From positions 57,660,001-57,724,000 of the forward strand of contig NC_079168.1 in the NCBI RefSeq assembly GCF_947568905.1: a stretch of 64,000 nt of DNA. The letters are read 5' to 3'. Source of the stretch: Ostrea edulis. Taxonomy: Eukaryota. Shown in pieces: positions 49,880 to 61,805 of the stretch (its first letter is position 1; each line of letters starts with the position of its first letter). The notes below the pieces were generated by a model, which was given only the letters and a program-made list of their open reading frames with translations, did not search any database and was not told the DNA's origin. Position numbers and translations under genes: made by a program.

Positions 49880-50330
49880 TAATTTTATTCCTATTAAGAA
49901 TTTCTCCTTTATGGGTAGACGTCACTATCCCACAAATTGACATTATGTATGCCGCTCAAGGTCTTAGCAATGAGATTCTTTATCATGCTAACGCCTACAG
50001 TGACTCGGGACCTCAGTTTTTAAGTTCTTCCGGAGAAGGGGGGCCTCCGTGGCCGAATGCTTAGAGCCTCTCACGCCTGGTCGGCGCGGGTTCGAATCCC
50101 GCTCGCGCCGGTAAATGCGAAAATTTCCCTGTTTACTTGCGGAAGGTCGGTGGTCTCTTCCCAGGTATATTGTATCTGGGTTCCCTCTTCCACCAATAAA
50201 AGATAACTGAAATATTGTTGAGTGTGGCAGAAAACAGCAAAAAAAATTATCCGGAAGATTGATCGCGTGACTTTTGCCTTAAATGACGGGCGCTTGTCGA
50301 AGAAACAACTACTACATGTACCTAAATTAA
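49880..50330 (-). mobile_element. Old SINE of the 57232 family, split by a second SINE
   Basis: Flanking halves match the reverse complement of 57340-57540 (CTTTATC...GGGACCTC.GTTTTTAAG / GCGCTTG.CGAAG). Confidence 0.55.
50040..50250 (+). mobile_element. tRNA-headed SINE (V-core-like)
   Basis: A box TGGCCGAATG, B box GGTTCGAATCCC, GGTCGGTGGT...TTCCACCAATAAAA...GATAACTGAAATATTGTTGA body, A-rich tail. Confidence 0.7.
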
Positions 50331-51187
50331 AAGTTTTATGCGGCCGCTAAGATCGAGAATCGAATTTAGGAAGCGAGTTTTTTGTTGGTTGAATCCCGTG
50401 GTGACATGTTGTTGCCTTGTTGTTTTGAGAATATTTTGAAAAATCTGGAGGTCAAAATATATTTTTATGTGAGAATGTGCACTCTACTGCAGCCATTGCC
50501 TATTAAACATTGCGTGGGAATTAATTCATATAATTTTGACAAAATACAGCATTTGTAGGAGAATTTTGGACATCTGGTTGGGCTCGGGGTCATTCGGTGT
50601 CGCACATGGGACACTGTCGCTTTCCCTTGAACTCGCATTGCAAGCGGGCGATTTTTTTTATATATAGGAGTACATATCTGTGCTTATAGTATTCGTCTAG
50701 TTTTGGCATTGTCTTGTTTATTCGTGAATGTAAATGTTTATAAGTGGTTTTTGGTGTGGTTCACTTCAATAAGAGATTGGCATCGCAGATAAGATTGTTT
50801 TGCCCACCTGCGCTGGGGATCATAGCGACGGCTTGGTGGTCAGAAGTGGGAGCCATTTTGAATTGTAGGATTCGAGAATTCAATTAGAATCGGTTGTGTT
50901 TTTATTTTGTTATCAATGTGATCTTCAGATTGTATCTATTACAAGTGTTGACTCTACCGTGGGTGGTGTGTGTGTAAGTTAGTAGCATTTACACTCTACT
51001 CCGTTTCTACAGGGTGTACAACCCCAGGCTAGTAGGAGTTCCTCCGGAGATCTATCACAAGTATGCCCCTCCCGCTGTCACGATGTTTACTGGTGCTAGC
51101 CAGTCATCTGGTTTTCCGACCACACGTGAGGTTTCTGTGGGACATGCGTACATACATGTAAATACAGAAGGCTGTATTAGTGGAAGG

Positions 51188-51648
51188 ATATTCAAGAGTA
51201 ACATCATTGGAGTCCTCCTATATGGTGCCGAGTCGTGGAAGGTGACCAAAGGTATTGTCCACAGACTGGATGTCTTCCAGACCAAATGCCTACGACGGAT
51301 TCTGAAGGTCTTCTGGCCCAACACCATCAGCAACAAAGATCTATATCAGAGAACGTCAACATCACCAATATCTGAGATGATCAAGATGAGACGATGGAAA
51401 TGGATCGGACATGTCCACAGGATGGGAGCAACATCAATCCCAAAGATCGCCATGAGATGGACACCAGCAGGAAAAAGAAATAGAGGGAGACCAAAGGAAA
51501 TATGGCGGCGATCAGTAGAAAAAGAGATGAAGGAGTGTGGATGGACTTGGGGCCGGATTCAGAACATGGCAGCAGACAGACAGAGATGGCGATCCTCAGT
51601 GAAGGCCTTATGTGCTTCCTAGCACGAAGAGGATTAAGTAAGTAAGTA
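51188..51648 (+). mobile_element. 5'-truncated RTE-clade LINE 3' end
   Basis: VLLYGAESW...CLRRIL...RRWKWIGHV.R...GKRNRGRPK..WRR..E C-terminus, (TAAG)n tail, imperfect TSD GTATTAGTGGAAGG / GTATTGGTGGAAAGG. Confidence 0.88.
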
Positions 51649-52287
51649 TTGGTGGAAAGGTTGATAGCGGACTTAGTAGTGTAAGGCTTCTAAAAGGTTT
51701 GTTGTATGTGAGGGAGTGTGCCCGTCTACAGGGGTATGTACAGGGTTAATTGATGTTTCAAAAGTAGCTGGGTAAGATGACCTTATCTACCGGTAGATGT
51801 ATGGCGGCCACTGTGCCTACTCGGGAGCTAGTTCTTGTCGTTAAGCCCTAGGTGTGATGTTGGGTCACTAAGGACTAGAAAGTCTGGTGCAAATGTTTCT
51901 GATTTTTAGGGGTTGTATCATTGCTCCAGTGAATACAGTGTTGTATGTGTGAGAATTCCCAATGCTACCTCTCAGAGTGTATATTTCTCGAGAAATAGTC
52001 TTCTGATGTGGGACAAGGATCAGGGTAATGGCGTATTGTTGGACCCGGGGGGCTCCGGTGTCGCAGGAATTATGTTTGGGAAGTAATTGGGGCAAATGTT
52101 CCTTAAATCCAGAAGCCTGTCAATAAAAGTTCTAAAAGTTGGCTTTCAGATTAAGATTTCCAAGACCAACGGAAAGGGATGTCATGACTCAAGAGCATGA
52201 GAATGCTGTACGGCGTTTTTGACAAGTTCAGTAATTAACAATATCATGAAGTGGAGATGCCATAGAAGTAGAGTAGTAGTGTGTCGT

Positions 52288-52781
52288 TGGATGGTTGATT
52301 GTATATCTTTAACGTTCCACTCAAGAATTTTTCACGCATATGGAGACCTCACTATTGTGGATGAAGGGCTGGAAAATTTAGACCGGTCGACAGGGGATGC
52401 TTACTCCTCCTGGGCACCTGATCCTACCTCTGGTGTGACCAGGGGTCCGTGTTTGCCCAACATTCTATTTTGTATTGCTTGTAGGAGTTCAATCTAATGA
52501 AAATTAGATGTTAGATCCGCTCACATACTCGCTACTGAGCGGATCTAACATCTAATTTTAATTAGATTGGTAGGAGTTATGAGATTGATCACTGTTCATT
52601 ATCTTCACCTTTCATTCTCGGTGCTTATAGTCTTTGAGCAGGGAGGAATATTTATCGTGCCACACCTGTTGTGACACGGGACCTCGGTTTTGCGGTCTCA
52701 TCCGAAAGACCGCACCATTTGGCCGCCTCCTTCGATAAGCAAGGGTTGCTGAGATCCTATTATAACCCGGATCCCCACGGG
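52288..52781 (-). mobile_element. Meta/Deu-like SINE split by a Naiad terminal repeat (52385-52614)
   Basis: 3' part 52288-52384 and 5' part 52615-52781 rejoin into the consensus seen at 29749-30011. Confidence 0.75.
52490..52569. mobile_element. 80-bp hairpin MITE with 9-bp TSD (Mutator-like)
   Basis: 34-bp TIRs with 1 mismatch, 12-nt loop; TSD GTAGGAGTT at 52481-89 and 52570-78. Confidence 0.88.
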
Positions 52782-52995
52782 TCATGTGTGTCATTGGTAG
52801 ACAGTGGGGTTTTGTGGTAGACAGGTGTCGTTGTTCAGTGGACTAGGAATTATTTAGGGGTCAGGGAAATGGGTTGGTACAAAGTGGGGTGCTGCGAAGC
52901 GCAGATGAGAAGTTATGTGGTTGGCCGGAGGGCACTGGGACAGATGTTAGTCACCAGAATAGGGTGGTTGGCTGGAGGACACCGGAGAGTGTCTC

Positions 52996-53680
52996 CAATC
53001 TAATTAAAATCAGACTTCTAATTAAAATCGGACTTAGTTCCGCGCCCTACACTCTATGTAAGAAGATCTTACATAATCCGACTAAGGGTCATGTTCAGGT
53101 GAACTTTATGTTAGCCAATCAGTGCGTCGCCTATAAAATCGGCGGTGTTCACAATTAAAGGAAAATGTCTGCGATTACATTACATTTGGTTTGAAAGAAA
53201 ACGCATCGCAGCTAGATGTGACGTTACAATGCACTTGTTACGTCGACTGGCGTTATATTCCTCGCGATAGTTAAGTAAATCAACTTGAAAACTATTCAAA
53301 TTGTACATATCCCTATTCATAAATAAATCAAAATTCACAATTGATTTAATTTGGGTGTATTTTATATCGCATTTTTTGTTGTTTGGATGAACAGAATAGA
53401 ATAGGCATTATTGCAAAAGTTTAAAATTCTTTATGTGAGAATATACAATTTTATAGTGTGGAAAAAACTTTGCGGAAGAGAGATTACTGCAACTTGTTTA
53501 CGAATTGCCGGGAACCGCCTAAATAGCCATCATTGTCTGTATGACGCAATCTGACTGGCTGAAAGTTCTCATGAATATTCCAAGCGAAAGGGTCATGCGG
53601 ACGTGACTCCCTATGAGGTTATGTCAGATCCTATTGTAGCGATTGTGAGCGTATCTTGGGATCTGATTTTAATTAGATTG
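52996..53680. mobile_element. 685-bp element sharing termini with the 80-bp MITE
   Basis: TIR CAATCTAATTAAAATCAGA at both ends; flanks AGAGTGTCTC / GGATTGTCTC (8 of 10 match). Confidence 0.7.
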
Positions 53681-56600
53681 GGATTGTCTCTTGTCATTGT
53701 AATGTGACTTTTCAGGGTAACTCTGGGAATGCTCTTGCTTCTATGTCTTGACATAGCTGCTGAGGTATACTGTGCAATGGATGCTGATTCTTGCACAAAT
53801 TTGGAGTCTGGAGGATGTGATATTTTAAATATGGAAAGGTCTTACATGTATATAGGCATTGTGCCTGGTGCCTATTTATGTATGTATTTTCTACATATAC
53901 ATGAATAAGATACTGTTGAAATCGATATTGATATGGTGGGTGTTCGTGGTTGCGAGCGGTTTATGCCAGGTGATGGTTGCTTGATCAATGGTGTCGAGAC
54001 AGGTGGATTAGAATCAAGGTGTCTGGTTGGGTCACGGTCTGGAGCTCTGTCTGGTGTGGTTTGGATGATTTGACCAGTAGAGCAGAACAGCGGAATATAG
54101 AGGTTACACGGACTACAGTCTTGCATTTTGTGGATGCAGAATGAGTCTTCGAGTGACGTGTTGGTGAGTCTGTGTTCCAGGTGGAGACCTATGCATACGT
54201 TGAGGCTGGTGATGAAGTCTATGTGGGCATTGTCCAAGTGAGATTAAAAGTGCGCATACTGCAATGGTAGTTGTGGAGACTGTTAGGATACAGTCTTACC
54301 AATGCAGATGCACCATCCAAGATTAAAGAGACAGTGGTCTGTCAGGTTCTCAGTGAATCTGTCACCAAGTCACCTGACAAATGTACCACTGTAAGTTGGT
54401 CAGGTGGTGTGCGAGGTTTCATATGACCCTGCGTATGCGGCGATTGTCTCTGTGCCCGGCTCGGTCGGGGTCGCTGATGGTTGTTGGGGTCGGTGTTCCC
54501 TATCAGACTGAAATGCTTCCACCTGAAACACCTCTAGGTAGTGGGCGGGATGGGTTTCGCGAGGTCTCATTGGTCTTGGTGTCATGACTGTGCGGCCCAG
54601 GTGACAATGAACCAGGGTAAACCCTGGTCTAGTCATCGGTAGGTAGCACAAATGAAAATGAGCGAGATGTACCATGAGAATATAAACTCTTTTTATACTC
54701 ACAAGGTCACGAAAGGAGGATGGTTAGGCCTGCTCTATCCTGGTTGTCAGGTGGGGGGTTTCCGTGTGGTATCCCGTCGCTGGAAGCTAGGGTGTCTTCA
54801 CGTGTAATGTGCCTCTCCAATTTCTCTATCCAAGATTATCCCTGTCCTGTGTCGTTCCGTGTTACTTTAAACTGGTTGGGACTTTCCTGTACGTAGATTT
54901 CCTGTGAAGTGCTATGAAACTGTGACAGTCTGTGTTGTGAAGACGCTTTGAACTGTTTGATTTATGATTTTAAGAAGTTTTTAAGTTGTAAAACGAAGGA
55001 GATAATTTTATTGAGATTAATAAGAATTGTAGTATATATAAAGTGTATTTGGATGTATCTATTGTAAACCATAGTGTTGTGGATTGAAGGTATCGGAATT
55101 GGTCATTCCTCCTCAAAGCATGTTAAGTGTAGTGAAATTTGGGGTTTATTGTTGGATTTATGGTCGATTTGAGGGCCTACGGTTTTGCAGGCGCTCTTTT
55201 TCTCCACGAACTGCTTTGTTTTATTATTTATTTATCTTTTTATTTTTTTACGGTTCTTGGTGTGTGTTTTCTGGAGCGCACAACTGTGATTATACATGTA
55301 GTATTCGTCTATTTTTGGAAGTTGTTTAGTTTATTAGTGTTTTCCTGGTGTGGTTCATTCCAATAAGAAAGCATTTTAAATTGCTGTTCTTGAACAGAAG
55401 ATAATCAAAATATTATTTCAAATATATACGTTGGCATTATTGGATACTCGTGGTTAATTACACTTCATTCCTCTCTACATCACCCAGTGATCAATTCATA
55501 CGTTCTTCGTTCCCACATGAATAATTAATGTGGCAATATTTTTAGACCACTCAGGAAAAACCAAACGCGATTCTGTTAAATCAACAAATGCCTTTCTTCG
55601 AACTTTTGTTACACAATATTGCTGTGATAATTAGGTAGCCTGGTCACTTGGAAGGCCTCGGGAACTAATTACGAGTCTAAAGTATTATTACCTTAGAAAA
55701 CAAAAGAGTTCCATTCCAGTAACGATTAATTCGATTGGACAGTAAATCTAATCATTAACCATAGGTATGAATGGACTCATGGGTTTAAGGGAGAGGAACA
55801 AAGTGTAATCAACTGTTGGTATTCAATAATATCCTAAGTGGCCTCGCGCATGCCATGTAGGTTAGCGTTTGAGCGATTTTGAAGACATTATACATGACGT
55901 TTCTTACAATCTTTACATATTGTTTTGACAAGTCGGAACAATCTAGAAGATTTTTAAAGAATTCACACTATATATTCTTTGTAAATACTTCTATGGTGGA
56001 TTTACCTTGACACCGAAATGAAGGACATGATTTAAACAAAGTCGAATGTGGATTATATGATGAGTTTTTCATGTTATTATTATTACAAACAGTGGCCTTG
56101 TGTCTCCTTTTACAAAGATTTTCCTTTTATATATTCCTATGTAAAACAAACCTTCTGAAAGTATTGCATCAATAAAACATATCCCCTACCGAAGTCTCCA
56201 ATAAATGACGGATGTAATATTCCAGATATTTACATTTGATGTTGTTTCACCTTGAACTGTGATCTAAAACATTGGTACCAAGTCGCATGTTTACCAGTAT
56301 TGAATTAGTTTGATGTTTCGTTGTTCATACAATTGACGCATGTAGTTTTTATCAAGGATGAAATAGTCTTAAGAACTCTTTGATTTTTCAATTCAATTCA
56401 TAAACATGTCGCATATATTTTAAATGTCTAAACTAAGCAGAATCTAAACCAAGAAATTCGATACATCGTGGGATGAACCGTTTTTTTTTAGTTAGATGCA
56501 CAATGCAGTTAAAAAACATCAAACCTTGGTGACACTGATATAACATTCATATCTCCATTTTAAAAACATATAAAGGACTTCTGAACCCTGTTCGTAATAT

Positions 56601-57231
56601 TGCTTATAATCAACTGTTCGAAGGCCGATTTCGAATACCCACAATGTCTGTCGGATTACAGGAATGTGGTAAATTGTGCACTGCTGACTAATCAGACTTC
56701 GCTCATTGATTACAGAAAATATACTCGTGTGATTAACAGATTTGATACATATTTTTATTGATATGTTCCTTTTGCGATTGATGAGCTTGAAATGTAAAAT
56801 TAATGAAGTGATTTTTTACACAATCAGCAACCGCGTTTCATCAATTGCCTCTATTCAGACGCCCTTCTTTTACAGCCTTTCCATTGCAACATGATCCAGA
56901 TTCCGATGAAATAGAAAAATAATTTTTTAACACCCGACTATCAAACGTTACGAAATTCGAAATTGATCTGTAGTTTGCTACTCTGAAACTGAACTGCAAG
57001 TTTCAAATGAATCCTCTCAAGAATAAGGGGAAAGTCTGAAAAACCAATGGGACAGACTAAGAGATAGATAGAGAAGAAAGCTATAGTCCCTTTGGATTTA
57101 CAAACCGGCAGGGGAATAATAAACAACTCACATTCACTGTGATCCACCTTGGAACCTGAAGTAAGTGTTTGAACAACCTAAATCTACTGAATTTAATTCT
57201 TTAAGGACAATATTACCGTCAAGTTTACAAT

Positions 57232-57578
57232 TCTGCTTGGCTCAGTGGTTGAGCGTCTGTTTCATAACTGAGAGGTCGTGAGTTCAAACCCCCTCGTGCC
57301 ATGGCCGCGTAAAACCTCAGACTTTTATATACATGTAGGTAGTGATTGCTCCTTCGCCAAACGCTCGGCATTCAAGAGCGAGAATAGCGTCTTTCGGATA
57401 TGACCTTAAAACGGATGTTGTGTGTAGCGACAGACGGTGGCATGTTGAAAATCCCAACTGCTACATCCCTGAGCGAAAGGCATAAGTCTAAATTTGTGAT
57501 ACTTCATGTAGGCTGATGATGTTTCACTATGAGTGAAAAATTCTCGACGGGATGTAAATATACATATAAACAACCAAC
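57232..57578 (+). mobile_element. tRNA-headed SINE
   Basis: A box TGGCTCAGTGG, B box GAGTTCAAACCC; 3' end ATGAGTGAAAAATTCTCGA shared with the headless family; (CAAC)n-like tail. Confidence 0.72.
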
Positions 57579-58283
57579 TATATATTCTTGGACATAATAT
57601 GTGAAGATTCTTTTCCTTTATATTCTTGAGCATAATTTGTTGCGAATTAGGCCCAGATATCTTTTGAACCCCTATTGTGGTCTTATCTTAGACATGGGAT
57701 TATGATTGATATCTACACAACATGATGATACTTGGAAGAAAAAAAACACTTCTTTAAAAAATACTTTCCAAATAAAAATTGCTTTCTTATGGAACCAGCT
57801 TGAATCTACATGCGGATTGGCACAGTTTGGTAAAATTCTTTCTATTCTAAAAAGTAGCATTTCCATTCTGACCTTGGAGACAAACATAATGAGGAGCAGT
57901 TGTAGACGATTTGTCATTGTACATTTTCTTCCCCTTAATTATCTTCCCTTGCAAAGAAAAATACTCCTTCTTTCAAGAAATCTGAATACTCTCTATGCCT
58001 GTACCAAGGTTAGTTGAGATTGATCACTTACTAAGTAGTTCTTGATAAGATGTGAAAGTGAACAGATAAATCACTGATAGACAACAGTCAACCGACAAAC
58101 ATCGATAAGAAATGCTTACTTGAAATCTCATGCAGTCAAGGTTACTTAATAAATCATGATGAGGATCTATTTGAATGTGATGTAAAATTCGTACTTTCGG
58201 TTTGATAGAAAACAGACAGTGGGCTTCATGTAGAGTACACGGTTGTTACAGGTATGACATATACATCATTAAAGATACGATAT

Positions 58284-59726
58284 TTAAGCATCAGAAAATG
58301 CTGGACTAAATCCAATAAAAATGAAGATCCCAATCAAGACTATTGACAGCGTCTTCAGGGAGACAAAGATGGAAATACCAGACACCGCCACAAGATAATG
58401 AAAAAACCACTGCAACCACAAAAAGATCATGACGACTAAGAAAGATTTAATCGACTTCATTTTTGGATAGGACATTGCGTCGTCTGCCCCATATGTTTGA
58501 AAAAATGCCCAAAAGAAGGAACCGAAATCAAGAAAGAGAAAAAGAGTGAGGGGTATGCCCAGCGTGTAAACACTCATCTCGGATGTTAAAATTTCACAAG
58601 TGGAGGTTGAGTATCCTAACAAGGAATCTTCCGCGTCCATGTTTGGAGCTGTATTGCAGACAATACAAATACAGCAAAGTATCAAATTAATGGGGAAGTA
58701 CGTAGCAAAACGAATTGGCTTCAATTCATCTTCAACACCAGATCTGATTTGTATGAAGATAGAACGTGCGAGATCGATAGAAACAACACTGGACCAACCA
58801 GCAACGAAAACGAAAAGGAAATGTATGACCATTCCAAAGACCCCGCAAGCCACCTCACCAAGAAAAACTAGTCGTATTAAAATTTGAATAAAATTCATAG
58901 TGAAATAGGTCAAAGATTGGGCCATTTCAGAAAGAACGATGGACGTCCAGTCCTCCGTCAGGAACGCAGTAGAAATTATGTGTAGCAGGCACAATATCAA
59001 GGAAATAAGAAGGCAGACTATGAAAACGTATTCGTCTTTTGTATCTGTGGTTACGCCGATATATGTGCTCCTGATTGCTTCTAGGTACTGTGCGACACAC
59101 ACTCCAAAATAGTACCTGTCATCCGACACCCTAACGAACGAGTGGCTTACACAAGCATCATACTCTTTGAAGCAGAATAACAGATCTTTGTGAATCAGGT
59201 ACATTCTCGAACTTTCAATGAGCACTCTCGGACATGTCTGCCATGAAGTCAGAGCAAAACTGAGAGCAGAGTACTTCGAACACGCTGCACAGTCGTCACT
59301 TGGGAGATGCATCCTCGAAATAGAGTTATCAAATTGTTCGTTGTTGATCAATATTGTGAAGTTGGGATGGTGTCCAGTATAGGCTTTAAACATGCTACCG
59401 AGGAGAGATTCATTTTTTCTATATAACCGTTCCATCATAAGAGGAACTTGATGTGAATACAAAACTTTGTACCATATTGCGAAAGGAAAACAGTGTGTCC
59501 AAACATCATTCAGTACCGGTAATATGATATCATCGTCATAGCATACATGGCAGATATGTCTGTCATCAACATCTACAAATTGATGCGATTGAAAATTTAT
59601 TGTAGTTTTTCGGCACAGAATGCCGTTGAATATGTATGTGGCATGGTTGACTTCGTTTACCACTGGTTGACACTTTGGTCCAACACGCAGAAAACCACGT
59701 TCACACTCGATCTTCAGACAAATCCT
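58284..59726 (-). CDS. Class-B/adhesion/Methuselah-like 7TM receptor, large terminal coding exon
   Basis: Cys-rich ectodomain, then about seven hydrophobic segments with C..FG...HFLF....W (TM3), GY....C (ECL2) and a Pro-containing TM5. Strong acceptor CCTTTTTTTTTTCAG at 59727 inside the 507-aa ORF. Confidence 0.75.
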   Translation of the reverse strand, partial: RICLKIECERGFLRVGPKCQPVVNEVNHATYIFNGILCRKTTINFQSHQFVDVDDRHICHVCYDDDIILPVLNDVWTHCFPFAIWYKVLYSHQVPLMMERLYRKNESLLGSMFKAYTGHHPNFTILINNEQFDNSISRMHLPSDDCAACSKYSALSFALTSWQTCPRVLIESSRMYLIHKDLLFCFKEYDACVSHSFVRVSDDRYYFGVCVAQYLEAIRSTYIGVTTDTKDEYVFIVCLLISLILCLLHIISTAFLTEDWTSIVLSEMAQSLTYFTMNFIQILIRLVFLGEVACGVFGMVIHFLFVFVAGWSSVVSIDLARSIFIQIRSGVEDELKPIRFATYFPINLILCCICIVCNTAPNMDAEDSLLGYSTSTCEILTSEMSVYTLGIPLTLFLFLDFGSFFWAFFQTYGADDAMSYPKMKSIKSFLVVMIFLWLQWFFHYLVAVSGISIFVSLKTLSIVLIGIFIFIGFSPAFSDA

Positions 59727-60197
59727 CTGAAAAAAAAAAGGTGAAGTATAATATGTTGATTGCAAAGTCGACACCGGGTAATAAAATTGATAGGGAAATG
59801 ACTCCATTGCCTGTGTTCAAGATATATGACCGTTTATAACAAGAGTACCGCAAACGATACAACAGTCCAGTCAATATACAAATTGCTACAGAAATATATC
59901 TATATCTATATTAGCATCTATATAATTATAATATAGATGCCTTTATCTTATGAGGAAATGTTTGTATTTTGGCTCGGGTTTGGCCTACCCGATCGAGTTC
60001 GGTATACCCATCCTTTTTTACATGCTCTTCAAACAGAAAGGTAGCATACAATTTTTAAGAGCAATTCTCTGTAACGACCAAAAAAATTCTGAAGGGGTCC
60101 GGCACACATGGTCTCAGATATTGATAAAACTTACAGGTTAAAGAAAGTACCCCACAAAATGACAGAAATCAAACATATTTTATTATTGTGATGCATG

Positions 60198-60935
60198 GTT
60201 GCCATGGAAACCATGGTAGTGGATTTTGACCATTGGGGTACAAAAATTCATAGCTATAATTGTAAAAACTTACATTTTTACAAGCCCAATAACTAAATTA
60301 GCAGCAACTCTTCTCTATCTTTGAAACCAGTATAGGTAAATTAACATATCAATAGCTGAAAATGCACATAAGTGTGAGTTTTATCATTAACAACGAATTA
60401 GCTAACGTTGTCATGGAAACACAGCTGAACAGCTCATTGTCAAGTGCACAAAAAAATATGAAAATTGCTATGTTCACCACCTATTCACAGGAAAAGCCAG
60501 CACCGTACAGCAATATGAATATTATAGTTGCATAGAACTAACCTCAGTATTACATATTATGGAATAAAATCAGTGGGCAAATCATATACGAAAATTCTAT
60601 AAATATACAAAAAATGTATAAAATTCAAATTTCCTTTTTTATTAAAGTTTGAATACATTTTTATTATGCACATAATCACAACACTATCTTATCAAAATGA
60701 TTGATTACTAATTTTTCAACAGTAAAATTGACATAAAGAGATCAAAATATAACTGATAAAATGGTTGCTATGGCAACAAAACTCTTGAAAAAACAATATA
60801 ATTATGTCTAATATTGAATTGATAAACCAGGCAGTTTCAACACTTAGAATATTCAAATTTAACTTCAAAATAAAATTCAATTCATATTTGAAGGTATCAA
60901 CATATCAATTGAAAAAAAATAGTTGCCATAGCAAC
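60198..60935. promoter_or_regulatory. Cluster of four RFX X-box-like palindromes
   Basis: GTTGCCATGGAAAC 60198, GTTGTCATGGAAAC 60407, GTTGCTATGGCAAC 60764, GTTGCCATAGCAAC 60922. Confidence 0.5.
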
Positions 60936-61711
60936 CCTTTCAACAAAATCAGTTTTAAAGGTGCATTCTTTTAACTATTAGATTTAACACGGAGTACAGG
61001 AAACATAAAGATAGTGGTGCATATTTGCTGTTTTCTTTTAGCATTGAATATTATACTTCAATTTTATAGCTTTACATCCACCTTTTATCAAAGTAAATAT
61101 TGACCTAAAATTATCATACAACTTTACAAATTAAGAACTTAATCCGAATTTCTTCTGTCAAATATATAACAGCCTTGTAGCAATTTTCAACTGACTACAA
61201 ACTTCCCATGCCATCTTAAATGATAGCAGTTTTTCACCATATTTCATTATCTCTATTTTTTTCAAAATTTAAATTAAGTAACAAAAAACAAACAAACAAC
61301 AACAACAAACAAACAAACAAACAAAAAAGCCAACCCCCCCCCCCAAAAAAAAACAAAGACCAAAATAAATTACAAATGCATTCAAGAATCAAGTCTGAAT
61401 TTCCTCTGCGAAACTAACATTTTTTAAAAAGATAATCGTTACTTTCTTATTACTGATTGCATCTTGATCAAAGGGAACATATGTTTTCATAAGAAATAAA
61501 ATTAGTTTTTTAAAGGTCGTCATTGCCAAAGGTCAAGGCTACAGTAGGCACATGTATTAAATTTATTTTAAATATTGCTGAATGGAATATTTTAGACATA
61601 TTTGTATTGTTTGTTTACATCGATGATTCACGTATTTAGTATTTAGTGGTCGATATTTGTCAGATTGAAATAGATTAAAAATTCGAATAAACGCGGCTCG
61701 TATACTTGCAT

Positions 61712-61750
<39 letters not shown>

Positions 61751-61805
61751 AGGGTAATTTTTTAAAGAATAATTTTTGCTATTGTTGTTTTGTTTGGTTA
61801 TCACA

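Noticed and set aside
49508-49882. 124-aa ORF with TPHDD repeats
   Set aside because: Open frame generated by the 18-bp minisatellite; no splice or promoter support.
51014-51622. 202-aa ORF as a host gene
   Set aside because: Chimeric: the last ~145 codons are an RTE LINE C-terminus joined in frame by chance to unrelated upstream DNA.
53700-55400. Strand-biased, GC-richer tract as an old LINE ORF1 or other retroelement
   Set aside because: Composition is suggestive, but no recognisable protein motif in any frame; left unannotated.
59727-59807. N-terminal 27 codons of the 507-aa receptor ORF
   Set aside because: Ends in a polypyrimidine tract plus CAG acceptor and lacks a signal peptide; probably intronic.
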